A stretch of 64,000 nt of DNA from Acidimicrobiia bacterium (lineage in GTDB: Bacteria > Actinomycetota > Acidimicrobiia > Spongiisociales > ZC4RG35): NCBI GenBank assembly GCA_965203555.1, contig CBDBCY010000004.1, forward strand, positions 2,848,001 to 2,912,000, read 5' to 3'. Below, in pieces: positions 1 through 8,907 of this stretch. A model generated the notes under the pieces. That model searched no databases. It had not been told where the DNA came from and saw only the letters and a list, made by a program, of their open reading frames with translations. Both the position numbers and the translations under genes were made by a program. Every line of letters begins with the position of its first letter. The stretch's first letter is position 1.

Positions 1-199
1 CCGGGTGGAGGTGGTAGAGCACGTTGTTCATGATCACGTAGGATCGGTTGCGGGGAGTGTCGGTGTATCCCTTCTTGAAAGGGGAACCGGGCCGCAGGAC
101 CGAATCCATGAACTGGCCCGACCAGACCCGACCCGCCAAGTCGGCGGCATGGGTGCGGGCCTTGGTCATCAGACCCTGCTTTCCGTTTCGTCTGCTCAC
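1..199 (-). CDS. cytochrome b subunit of a bc/b6f-type complex, N-terminus (runs off left edge)
   Basis: Not in ORF track. GTG at 199 after AAGGAG translates MSRRNGKQGLMTKA...GYTDTPRNRSYVIMNNVLYHLHP, resembling split cytochrome b N-termini; follows the ferredoxin stop by 10 nt. Confidence 0.7.
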   Translation of the reverse strand, partial: MSRRNGKQGLMTKARTHAADLAGRVWSGQFMDSVLRPGSPFKKGYTDTPRNRSYVIMNNVLYHLHP

Positions 200-209
200 T
201 GCTCGCTCC

Positions 210-659
210 TTACCAGCGCATTCCGTAGGTGTAGCCGTGCTTGAAGTCTCGCTGGCCGGTGTCCACCTCCCAGGGCGCCGTGTTGAGGCCCATCTCCTCG
301 GCCTGGGCGGCCAGGGAGCCCTCGAATTTTCCGAGTGAGATCACCCCGGTGGGACAGCGGTCGATGCACAGGGCGCAGCGGGTGCATTCGTTCTCGTCGA
401 CCACGAAGAAACCATAGTTGGTGGTGTCTTGGCGGGGATCTTCGACATTGACCGCTTCGTCGATGGCTTCCATGGACAGATAGAAAATGCATTTCCACGG
501 GCAGATGTCCACGCACCCTTCGCAGATGATGCATTCGGACTGGTCGATGTGGAGGAACTGCTTGGGACGAAGCTTCCCCTTGTAGAAGTCGTTCTCGACC
601 AGGGCGAGCTGGTAGTCGTCGCGGAAGGGCGGGGTCTCGTCAACAACGCCGCGGGGCAT
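210..659 (-). CDS. 2x[4Fe-4S] dicluster ferredoxin
   Basis: CIICEGCVDICP and CTRCALCIDRCP motifs. Confidence 0.9.
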   Translation of the reverse strand: MPRGVVDETPPFRDDYQLALVENDFYKGKLRPKQFLHIDQSECIICEGCVDICPWKCIFYLSMEAIDEAVNVEDPRQDTTNYGFFVVDENECTRCALCIDRCPTGVISLGKFEGSLAAQAEEMGLNTAPWEVDTGQRDFKHGYTYGMRW

Positions 660-660
660 C

Positions 661-1287
661 TCAGCGGTCTCCCTTCACCATCGGCCGGCCGTAGGGGGAG
701 AGTTTGGTGGCGGCTTTCTTCTTGGGCGGCTTGTAAACCTGCTGGAACAGGTAGGCAACCAGGCCGGCTCCCGCCAGGGCGGTCACGTTGTAGCCTCCCG
801 AAATCGCGTCCTTGATGGCCGCCCAGCTTATCGAGACCTCGTTGCCCAGCATCAGTATGGGAGGAATGTCGAAGGCGATCCGCTGGTTCGACCAGTCGAG
901 GTCGGTCTGGGAGAGGTTGAGCCACTCGGAGGGGACAATGCCGAACACCAGCACGAACTCCATCCAGACCAGGAAGGCGGCGAAGGCAGCCCTGGCCCAG
1001 GTCATCTTTTGGTTGAGCACCCACAGGAAGGCGGCGCCCACCAGCATCATCTGGGAGGCGCCGAAGGCGGCCAGATAGCCGATGCTCTTCCAGAACCAAC
1101 CGCGCGGCACCCAGTTGAAGTAGTCCACCACCAGGGGCGTCGCCACCCCGTCGACGATCTCGGTCTCGGGGAGCTTGGAGTAGTGAACCCACAGCACGGC
1201 CACCGCCATCAGGCCGGTGCCCAGCACCAAAGACGCCCACCCGATGATGATTCGGTGCTTATCGCTTATGGCTGCGAGGCGATGCAT
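661..1287 (-). CDS. conserved multi-pass membrane protein of the respiratory operon
   Basis: About 4 hydrophobic segments; stop abuts ferredoxin start. Confidence 0.75.
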   Translation of the reverse strand: MHRLAAISDKHRIIIGWASLVLGTGLMAVAVLWVHYSKLPETEIVDGVATPLVVDYFNWVPRGWFWKSIGYLAAFGASQMMLVGAAFLWVLNQKMTWARAAFAAFLVWMEFVLVFGIVPSEWLNLSQTDLDWSNQRIAFDIPPILMLGNEVSISWAAIKDAISGGYNVTALAGAGLVAYLFQQVYKPPKKKAATKLSPYGRPMVKGDR

Positions 1288-1435
1288 CTTTAGGAGATGA
1301 CCTTCCCGGATCGGAGCACTCCTATTTTTACACCGCAGGCGCCTTCGAACAAAGTTTTGTGAGTTCCCTGCCGATCGCCGGCGGCACCCGGCAGCACGAC
1401 CGGCGCGCCGAGCGGGGTTTCGTTCTTGCTATCTT

Positions 1436-3016
1436 TTGGAGCGGCGATCATTGGCTAACTTTCCAATCTGGAGCCACGGGGGTCGTGCTCTGAATACAAC
1501 CAAGAATAATCAAGTCGCAGATCCGAAGAAACGAGCCGGACGGTACGCCGCCTGGTCGGACAGGTTGGGTCCGGACACCGCCGCCAAGTGGCACATCGTC
1601 ATGTCCACCGCCTTCCTGGCCCTGGCCGGGATTGTCTGGGTGGTGGCCATGGTGGAAGTTCGGTTCTCCGGCACGCTGACCGGGCCTTTCTCCTACGGTC
1701 GGGTGCGGTCCGTGGCTCTGTTGCTGGCGTTGATCGGCTGGTTGACGCTGTCCCTGGCGGGTGGGGTCTATTACCTGTTGCCCAGGCTCACCGGTACGCC
1801 GATGCGCGGCGAGGCGTTGGCCGTGGCCGGGGGAGCGGCCACTGCGGCGGTGACGGTGGCGGGAGCGGGGGTGGTGCTCCTGGGTTGGGGAGACGGAAGC
1901 GGCCCGTTCGCTCTTCCCTGGTGGGCTTCGCTTCCGCTGCTGGTCACTCTGCTGGCGCCGTCGGTAGTGACTGTCTCCACGGTTCGCCATCGTCAGGAAC
2001 CCAACATTTTTGTGTCTCTGTGGTATGTCCTGGCCGGGGTGGTCTGGCTGCCGCTTCTCTATCTGGCCGGCGCCATGGCGGCGCCCTCCTCGCTGGCCGG
2101 GGCTCTTTCCGAGTCGATAGCTCTGTTCGGGCTCTCCAACTTGTGGGTGGTGGGCGTGGGAGTGGGGCTGGCGTATTACGCCCTGGTGAAGGACACCGGC
2201 AATCCGCTGGCCAGCAGGCAGTTGGCGAGAGTCGGATTCTGGTCCCTGGCTTTCGCGTCGGCCTGGTCGGGCGTGGCGCCGCTGGTTTTCGGTCCCGTTC
2301 CGGGCTGGCTGGAAGCGGTGGCGTTTCTGATGACCCTCGCCCTTCCCGTGTCGGCTCTGGCCAACGCCGCCAATCTTTCTCTCACCGCCGAACAGACCTG
2401 GGCCGATCGGCAGAGCCGTCCGGTGGTCGCCGCTGCCCTGGCGGGGTCGTTCTTCGCCCTGTTGACGGCCTCTCTAACCAGCTTCGGGACGGTTCGCTCC
2501 GCGGCGGCCGTGGTGGGGCTCACCCCCTTCTGGGACGGTGTGCTGTACGGGACCCTGTTCGGCGCCGGCGGCCTGTTCGTTGCGGCCTGGTCCTACCAGG
2601 CGCTTCCGTCGATCAGCGGGCGGAAGTTGGCCGGCATGAACCTTGCCAGGGGGCATCTGCGGTTGACTTTCTGGGGAGTGGGTCTGACTTCGGCGCTGCT
2701 GGTGGGGGCCGGGTTGGTATCGGGCTACAGCTGGGCGGGCGGCGCCTACACAGGGATAAGTCCCACCGGCGCCGGATGGGGGGATCTGGCCGGCATGTCC
2801 TCGTTGCTGGTCGGGTTGTCCATACTGACCGGGCTGGTGGCTCTGGCGGGGCAATTGGCCTTCTGTCTGCTCATCTTCAGGACATTCACCACCGGCAGGC
2901 CCGCCGCACAGGAGATGTTCACTTTGGCGGATGAGGACCTTCCGGCCGATTCCGACAGTTCCTATGATGACGACGGCGGAAGCGATCCGGATAAAAGGGA
3001 GGAAGAGCAGGGATGA
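1436..3016 (+). CDS. cbb3-type oxidase subunit I (CcoN)-like protein lacking heme/CuB His ligands
   Basis: Many TM segments; YGRVR, YYLLPRLTG, YYALVKDTGNPLASRQLARVGFWSL, GPVPGW match the CcoN scaffold; start uncertain. Confidence 0.8.
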   Translation: MERRSLANFPIWSHGGRALNTTKNNQVADPKKRAGRYAAWSDRLGPDTAAKWHIVMSTAFLALAGIVWVVAMVEVRFSGTLTGPFSYGRVRSVALLLALIGWLTLSLAGGVYYLLPRLTGTPMRGEALAVAGGAATAAVTVAGAGVVLLGWGDGSGPFALPWWASLPLLVTLLAPSVVTVSTVRHRQEPNIFVSLWYVLAGVVWLPLLYLAGAMAAPSSLAGALSESIALFGLSNLWVVGVGVGLAYYALVKDTGNPLASRQLARVGFWSLAFASAWSGVAPLVFGPVPGWLEAVAFLMTLALPVSALANAANLSLTAEQTWADRQSRPVVAAALAGSFFALLTASLTSFGTVRSAAAVVGLTPFWDGVLYGTLFGAGGLFVAAWSYQALPSISGRKLAGMNLARGHLRLTFWGVGLTSALLVGAGLVSGYSWAGGAYTGISPTGAGWGDLAGMSSLLVGLSILTGLVALAGQLAFCLLIFRTFTTGRPAAQEMFTLADEDLPADSDSSYDDDGGSDPDKREEEQG

Positions 3017-3819
3017 GCGAACTTCTGGAGGCAGCGGCCCAGGTGGTTGGCGCTCCCCCCGAATTGGTGCAACGTTCCGCGGAGGCGCGGGCCGGGGCCG
3101 ACGGCATTTCGGTGGAGGAAGTTCTGAGAGCTTGGGCGGGGGGAGGACCCACGCCTTCCTCGCCGCCCGGGATAGAAACGCCGCCCCCGGCGCCCGCGCC
3201 GGCCGCCCCCGCTCCGCCGGCCGCCCCCACGGCGCCCCCACCCCCAGCTCCGCCGCCGCCCGTAGCGCCGCCTCCTCCGTCCGTGGCTCCTGCCACCCCT
3301 CCGGCCCAGCCTGTTCGGCCCGCCGCGGCGGCCACCGGCCCGCCCCCGGTGCTGAAGGGCCGGGTTGACCGGCCGTTTCGGTATTTCTTCGGCGCCGCCG
3401 CCCTGTTGGTCCTGTGTCTGGTGGTTACCCTGGTGCTTCCCTCCTTCTCCGGCGCCGGCCGCGGCGCTCTCCATTCCGAGATTCCCTACACTGAAGCGGC
3501 TTTGGTGGGACAGAGTGAGTACTTGGCGGAAGGGTGTGCAGGTTGCCACACCCAGATGGTCCGACCGATAGTGGCCGATGCGCAACTGGCCGCCTCGGCC
3601 GGACTGGGCGGGATAACCCTGTCCGACACCAACCAGGTGATTGGTCGGCAACGTTACGGTCCCGATCTGGCCAACGTGGGAAATCGGATGGATTCCGAAA
3701 CCATCGAGGCGGTGCTTTCAGGGGAGGGAGGTCACATTCTCTACCGGGGAAGCTGGATGGACGACCTCGTGGCTTATCTTGTGGAGTCGAGAGTTTTGAT
3801 GGAGGCAGCCGGTGAGTGA
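3013..3819 (+). CDS. CcoO-like monoheme cytochrome c with N-terminal module and Pro-rich linker
   Basis: CAGCHTQMVRP and GRQRYGPDLANVG are CcoO hallmarks; one TM; ATGA overlap with upstream gene. Confidence 0.85.
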   Translation: MSELLEAAAQVVGAPPELVQRSAEARAGADGISVEEVLRAWAGGGPTPSSPPGIETPPPAPAPAAPAPPAAPTAPPPPAPPPPVAPPPPSVAPATPPAQPVRPAAAATGPPPVLKGRVDRPFRYFFGAAALLVLCLVVTLVLPSFSGAGRGALHSEIPYTEAALVGQSEYLAEGCAGCHTQMVRPIVADAQLAASAGLGGITLSDTNQVIGRQRYGPDLANVGNRMDSETIEAVLSGEGGHILYRGSWMDDLVAYLVESRVLMEAAGE

Positions 3820-4849
3820 CTTTCTTGCGCAGGCGGCCCAAGCCATGGGCGCCCCCGAGGAATTGGTGCAGCGTTCTGCCGAGGCGCGGGCCGGGGCCGA
3901 CGGGGTTCCCGTGGAAGAGGTGCTGCGGGCCTGGGCCGGGGGAGGTCCGTCGCCCGCTGCGACCGCGCCGTCGCCCCCGCCTGCTGCCCCACCCGCCCCC
4001 GATCCGACTCCGTCGCCTGCCGTGGTCGCCACTCCAGAGCCCACCCCCATCCCCGCCGCGCCCCCGATCGCCGCGGCCGCCGAAGTTGCGGCCCCTGCCC
4101 CACCGGTCGTGGCAGCCCCCCCGCCGCCGCCCTCGGAAGTAACCACCAAAGAAGCTGTGTCCTTTCCGGTGGTGGTGTCGGTCCCGACCGCTCGCCTGAA
4201 GGAGCGGACATCTTCGATCCTTCCCCGGTGGCTGGCTGCCCTCTTCCTGGTGGTTCCGGTGATCGGGTTGCTCTATCTGGCGGGGAATTCCGCCCGGGCG
4301 GGTTGTGTGGAAGGAGGAGTGGAGTTGGCTGTCAACCCCATAGATTCCACGGTGGTCAACTGCGACGGAAGCGAGTTCACCGGTCGGGCCGAAGATACCG
4401 CCGGAGCGTTTCTGGTGGTGGGGGAAGTTGTTTTCGAGACCTGCGCCGGTTGCCACGGCGCCAACGGCGAGGGCGGCGTGGGCCCGGCCATGGCCACGGT
4501 GCTGTCGGTTTTCTCCAGTTGCCCCGACCACATCGAGTGGGTCGCCCTGGCCACCGGAGGGTTCCAGGACGCCGGCATCGACACCTACGGCGATCTGGCC
4601 AAACCGGTGGGCGGCGGAGGATTCATGCCCGGGTTCGCCACCAGCAACACCGCCGAGGAGATCGCCGCCGTGGTGGCCTTCGAGAGGATCCGTTTCGGCG
4701 GCGCCGACCCTGACGAGACCCTCGTCGAGTGCGGTTTGATCGATGGAGAGGACGGCGAAGAGACCGCAGAGACCGGATCAGAGACCGAGGAGGCGGAGAC
4801 CGAGGAGGCGGAGACAGACGAGGCCGAGGCCGAGCCTGCCGACCACTGA
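3812..4849 (+). CDS. membrane-anchored cytochrome c with the same N-terminal module and an acidic tail
   Basis: CAGCHG heme motif, FMPGF distal Met, one TM, ETEEA repeats. Confidence 0.85.
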   Translation: MSDFLAQAAQAMGAPEELVQRSAEARAGADGVPVEEVLRAWAGGGPSPAATAPSPPPAAPPAPDPTPSPAVVATPEPTPIPAAPPIAAAAEVAAPAPPVVAAPPPPPSEVTTKEAVSFPVVVSVPTARLKERTSSILPRWLAALFLVVPVIGLLYLAGNSARAGCVEGGVELAVNPIDSTVVNCDGSEFTGRAEDTAGAFLVVGEVVFETCAGCHGANGEGGVGPAMATVLSVFSSCPDHIEWVALATGGFQDAGIDTYGDLAKPVGGGGFMPGFATSNTAEEIAAVVAFERIRFGGADPDETLVECGLIDGEDGEETAETGSETEEAETEEAETDEAEAEPADH

Positions 4850-4872
4850 GCAGGAGGAGTCGGTCCCGATGC

Positions 4873-5157
4873 CTACCCTTCCGGCTTCCGCCCCCACCTG
4901 CTCTTTAGGATGGCCGCCCACAGCCGGGCGGTCTTGATCTCTCCCTCCGCCAGGACCTGACCTCCCTGTCCTTCCACCACCGGGATGCGCAGGCCGTAGT
5001 CGACAGCTATTTCCGGACGGCGATCGATGTTGATCTCCTCGATGGCGAAGCCGGACCACCGGGCTGCTCTGCGCACCCGAGGCGCCGCCGCCGCGCACAG
5101 ATGACACTCGGGGCGGGTGTAGAAGATCAGGCGCCGGCGCCCGCTGCTCGTTGTCAT
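4873..5157 (-). CDS. glutaredoxin-like protein (DUF836 type)
   Basis: FYTRPECHLC and YGLRIPVV motifs. Confidence 0.8.
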   Translation of the reverse strand: MTTSSGRRRLIFYTRPECHLCAAAAPRVRRAARWSGFAIEEINIDRRPEIAVDYGLRIPVVEGQGGQVLAEGEIKTARLWAAILKSRWGRKPEG

Positions 5158-5253
5158 CTGACTAGGAGATATCCTTGGCCCCTGCAAACCTCGTTGTAGG
5201 GAGTGACCTAGTGCGACCCGGCACTGCGATAGCGATAGTGGTCTTGGCCTTGG

Positions 5254-6096
5254 TCATCGTGGGCGCGGCGGTGGCGCAATTGTGGGGATTGATGTTCTCT
5301 CCATGACCACCGACATCCGCTCGGTGAGATTCAGTTCGTCGCAGGCCCTTCCTTCTCTCATGGCTATGGCCACCAGACCGGCCGAGTCGACATGGATCAG
5401 CAACTCCCCTTTACGCACCTGCGCATAGGTGGCGCCTGTCTTGATCCGATGAGTCGAGGCGCCCAATCTCACCACCAGTTCGGTGCGATCCTCCAAGCCG
5501 GCGGCTTGCAGGTCATCGGGGGAGATATTGGTCTGCACATTGCCGAAGGTGTCCACCCACCAGGCTTCGCCACTGACTCGCCCTGCGGAGACCTCCGGCA
5601 GGGGCAGAAGCAGCGGCGTCACCTCATGGGCGCCGATCGCGGGTCCCAAATCCTGCAGAGATGCTTCACCGGCGGCCAGCGCCGCGGCGGCCGGTGCGAA
5701 CACGTCCCGTCCCCAGAAGGTGGCGGAGGCGGCGGGCAGACGAAACTCGGGATTGTCGATGGACACTATCCGGTGGGCGCCTCCCATCATGGCAACCGCC
5801 GGCGAGAGCAGGCCGTTGTCAGGTCCGACGAAGGTCATCTCGCCGGTCTCCACCGCCAAGGCACGCCGGTCGGTTCCCACGCCGGGGTCCACCACCGCCA
5901 ATGTGACCCCCGGCGGAAGGTACTGGACAGCGCGTAACAGCGAAAGGGCGCCTGCCCGGATGTCGCCGCGGGCGATTCTGTGGTTTATGTCGATGACCCG
6001 AGACTGCGGGGCAATCCGGGCTATCACTCCGTGCACCACCCCCACGAACTCGTCGTCGGTTCCAAAGTCGGAAAGGAAGCTGATCGGAAGACTCAT
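5254..6096 (-). CDS. SAM-dependent chlorinase/fluorinase family (DUF62, SAM hydroxide adenosyltransferase)
   Basis: FLSDFGTDD, VVDPGVGTDR, GPDNGLL, SATFWGRDVFAP, VDTFGNVQTN. Confidence 0.9.
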   Translation of the reverse strand: MSLPISFLSDFGTDDEFVGVVHGVIARIAPQSRVIDINHRIARGDIRAGALSLLRAVQYLPPGVTLAVVDPGVGTDRRALAVETGEMTFVGPDNGLLSPAVAMMGGAHRIVSIDNPEFRLPAASATFWGRDVFAPAAAALAAGEASLQDLGPAIGAHEVTPLLLPLPEVSAGRVSGEAWWVDTFGNVQTNISPDDLQAAGLEDRTELVVRLGASTHRIKTGATYAQVRKGELLIHVDSAGLVAIAMREGRACDELNLTERMSVVMERTSIPTIAPPPRPR

Positions 6097-6193
6097 GATG
6101 TCCAGCGGTTCGACAGCATTAAGGCCAAGGCCTTTAAGGGTAGAGCCCCTGCTGATCGAGGGCGTCTTCTGTGTCATTTCATCACGAAAATCG

Positions 6194-6266
6194 CGACGGG
6201 CGAGGGGTCCTCCGGCGCCATCCCGCCTTCCCCAGAGGTGGCGCTCGGGAGACCCTCTTCCCGTCG
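6194..6266. ncRNA. long imperfect intergenic stem-loop (candidate small RNA or terminator)
   Basis: CGACGGG/CCCGTCG, GAGGG/CCCTC and GCGCCA/TGGCGC arms pair over ~25 bp. Confidence 0.35.
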
Positions 6267-6361
6267 GTCACTACAGGTTTGGGACACCGGGGCTGATTCT
6301 TCAAGTCAATCCGCAGCTTCTTTTCGCGATCCGGCGATCGGCGCCCATTCCCGGTAGAGGC

Positions 6362-6781
6362 TCAATTCCTCCGAAAGGCCATCATCACCAACGGTCGGAA
6401 GCTGAGTTCGACCGCTTCGTAGATCTCTCCCAACAGCAGGTCCAATGTCTCGGGAGTAACCTCCTGCACCTTCAGGCGACCGGTCAGCACCACTGCGCCC
6501 TCCCGATCAAGAGAAAAGTGGCATCGCCACATCCGGTGGTTGCGGAGAAGGCACAGCCGGTACACCTCCGCCCGGTTGGCGGGCGGCGCCGGAAGCACGT
6601 AGGCCTCGGCGCTGACTGTGCGGTCGCCCACCGTCCACCACACGGTGGTGGCCGAGCGGACCCCTTGGCGCATCCGCACCGCCCAGCGATCCTCTACCTC
6701 CTCGGCATATTCGACGTCGCTGTGCGGGTCGGCCACCCAGGCGGAGATGGTCTGCACCAAAACCGTGGCGGGATCGTTCAT
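6362..6781 (-). CDS. YbjN-domain (T3SS chaperone-like) protein
   Basis: YVLPAPPANRAEVYRLCLLRN...LDLLLGEIYEAVELSF; usual position downstream of mshA. Confidence 0.75.
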   Translation of the reverse strand: MNDPATVLVQTISAWVADPHSDVEYAEEVEDRWAVRMRQGVRSATTVWWTVGDRTVSAEAYVLPAPPANRAEVYRLCLLRNHRMWRCHFSLDREGAVVLTGRLKVQEVTPETLDLLLGEIYEAVELSFRPLVMMAFRRN

Positions 6782-7998
6782 CTGTGGAAGAGTACGCTCT
6801 GATAGAGTTCCAGCAACCGGTCGGAGGTGGCTTGCCAGGAGTATCTGCCTGCCCACTTCACCGCCCGTGCCGCCATGGAGGCGCGCAGGTCCCGGTCTTC
6901 TATCACCTTGCAGATGGCCGCCGCGTAACCATCGGGCTCCCACCCGTCCACCAGCAGACCCGAACCGCCGTCGTCCACCACGTACATGAGTCCTCCTCGC
7001 CGGGCCGCCACCACCGGTAGCCCGCAGGCCTGGGCTTCGGCGGCCACCAGCCCGAAGGACTCGCTGCGCGACGGCGCCACCAGCACGTCCGCCGCCCGGT
7101 AGAAGTCGGCCAGGCGGCTGTGCCCGACCGGCGGGTGGAAGTTCACCGCCTCCGGTTCCAACCGGGCCGCGGCTCTTTTCAGATTCTGCATCTCATGTTC
7201 GCCCCGGGGACCGCTGGGTCCTCCCACTATCAGCAAACGCAGACTCTCCAGCCGCTCTCGCGCCATGGCCACCGCCGCAATGGCCACGTCGGGTCCTTTC
7301 AAGGCCTGGATTCTTCCCACGAACAGCACCAGCGGTTCGTCGCCCAAACCGAGTCTTGACCGGGCCTGGGACCGGCTTCCCGGTCGGAAGTAGGTCCGGT
7401 TGACGCCGGGAGGAGAGACGCACAACTTGGTGGGGTCGGCGCCGTAGTGATCCAACAGGTCGTCCGCCTCGAACGGCGTGGACGCCACCACGCAGTTGGC
7501 GTTTGAGATCAAGGTCTCCTCGGCAGCGATCCGCACCGGGTCGCTGGGAGACTGGTCCCTGCGCCGGGTGGCGTCCTTCACCCGGCCCAGGGTGTGGAAG
7601 GAGTTGGCCATCGGGATGTTGAAGCGCCGTTTGGCCTCCTGCGCCGCCCATCCCGACAGCCAGTAGTGGCTGTGAACCAGGTCGGGTGGGCGAGGGTCGG
7701 CTTCCAACCGTTCCACCAGCGCCCGGCTGAAAGCGGGCAGATGCGGCACCTGCTCTTCGATACAGAGGGCAGAGACCGGTCCGGCCGCCAGGTGGTGCAC
7801 CCGGTACCCCGGGGTCACGGCCACGCTGTCGGGCAGTCCCGGCTGGTCCCTTCGCGTGTACACGTCAACTTCCACCCCCTGGGCAGCCATGGTGGAGGCC
7901 AACTCGTGCAGGTAGACGTTCATGCCGCCCGCGTCTCCCTCCCCGGGGTCGCGGAGGGGGGAGGTGTGCATCGAAACGAAGGCGACTCGGGCAATCAT
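6778..7998 (-). CDS. mshA: D-inositol-3-phosphate glycosyltransferase (mycothiol synthesis)
   Basis: SMHTSPL..PGEGDAGGMNVY, HSHYWLSG, FVGRIQALKGPD, SRSESFGLVAAEAQACG. Confidence 0.9.
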   Translation of the reverse strand: MIARVAFVSMHTSPLRDPGEGDAGGMNVYLHELASTMAAQGVEVDVYTRRDQPGLPDSVAVTPGYRVHHLAAGPVSALCIEEQVPHLPAFSRALVERLEADPRPPDLVHSHYWLSGWAAQEAKRRFNIPMANSFHTLGRVKDATRRRDQSPSDPVRIAAEETLISNANCVVASTPFEADDLLDHYGADPTKLCVSPPGVNRTYFRPGSRSQARSRLGLGDEPLVLFVGRIQALKGPDVAIAAVAMARERLESLRLLIVGGPSGPRGEHEMQNLKRAAARLEPEAVNFHPPVGHSRLADFYRAADVLVAPSRSESFGLVAAEAQACGLPVVAARRGGLMYVVDDGGSGLLVDGWEPDGYAAAICKVIEDRDLRASMAARAVKWAGRYSWQATSDRLLELYQSVLFHR

Positions 7999-8903
7999 CG
8001 CTGACAACTGACGGTGTAGAGGGGTCGGTGCACGGCGCCCAGCCGGCGCTTGTACGTCTCGGCGCCCTTGAGGAAATCGAACCGGGTCAGGCCCTCGGCG
8101 ATCACCTTCTCGATCAGGGAAGTCAACAGGACCACTCCCGGGGACAGTGAAGAATAGGCCGGATCGAAAGAGGAGTTGTACAGGTAGTAGCAGTCTGTGT
8201 CGGAGTATCCGAACACGCAGGCGGAAGCCTGCCCGTCCCCAGTCTCCAGGAGATCGATCCTCCATCCGGGAAGATCTGCCAACTGCCGGAACAGCGGCGT
8301 GGTTTCCTCGTCCATGAACTGTCCTTTTGCTCCGGTAGCCAGTTTATGAAGTCTGACGAACTCCTCGAACTCCCATCCCGGATCCGGTTGGCTGTGCAGG
8401 CGGAGGTGGCCGATCCCACGGTGGTAGCGCCTGGTCTTGCGGCGGATCTCGTGGCGTTCCTTCTTGCCCACCATCTGCAGGTACTCATCGAAGGTAGGGG
8501 GCAGATGGAGCACCGCCGCCACCTCGGTCTGCTCACGGACAGGGTTGGCCCCGGCCAGGTTCAGGCCGTCCGACACCGCGTCGGCGGCCCGGCCGGGCAG
8601 AGAGTCCCACAGTAGTGTGGCGCCCGTCCCCTGGCTGCTCCACCACTCGGCGACCAACTCAGGGACGCTTCCTCCTCGAGGACTGTGGTAGTCGGTCAGG
8701 GAAGCGGGACCCGCCATCCGCACCGTTTGATCATCCCTTTGGAGGGCGAGCAATCCGTCGTCGGATTCCACCAGTTCCAACCGGTTCCGGCTGCGGTGGC
8801 CGGTGACCGCCTGCAAGAAGTCCCGACCGGGAAAGGGACCGAGGTGGGTGGACACCGTGGGGAGACGGAAAGCTGCGGTGTCCCAGTCCTGGTGAACAAG
8901 CAT
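7995..8903 (-). CDS. GNAT-family acetyltransferase (CelD/BcsL-like)
   Basis: LPPTFDEYL..KKERHEIRRK, YLYNSSFDP..LSPG, FDFLKGAETYKRRLGA. Confidence 0.85.
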   Translation of the reverse strand: MLVHQDWDTAAFRLPTVSTHLGPFPGRDFLQAVTGHRSRNRLELVESDDGLLALQRDDQTVRMAGPASLTDYHSPRGGSVPELVAEWWSSQGTGATLLWDSLPGRAADAVSDGLNLAGANPVREQTEVAAVLHLPPTFDEYLQMVGKKERHEIRRKTRRYHRGIGHLRLHSQPDPGWEFEEFVRLHKLATGAKGQFMDEETTPLFRQLADLPGWRIDLLETGDGQASACVFGYSDTDCYYLYNSSFDPAYSSLSPGVVLLTSLIEKVIAEGLTRFDFLKGAETYKRRLGAVHRPLYTVSCQR

Positions 8904-8907
8904 CGGG

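Noticed and set aside
5254-6096. True halogenase linked with the peroxidase or crcB
   Set aside because: The GRD motif is typical of DUF62 SAM hydrolases, and the genes are over 29 kb apart.
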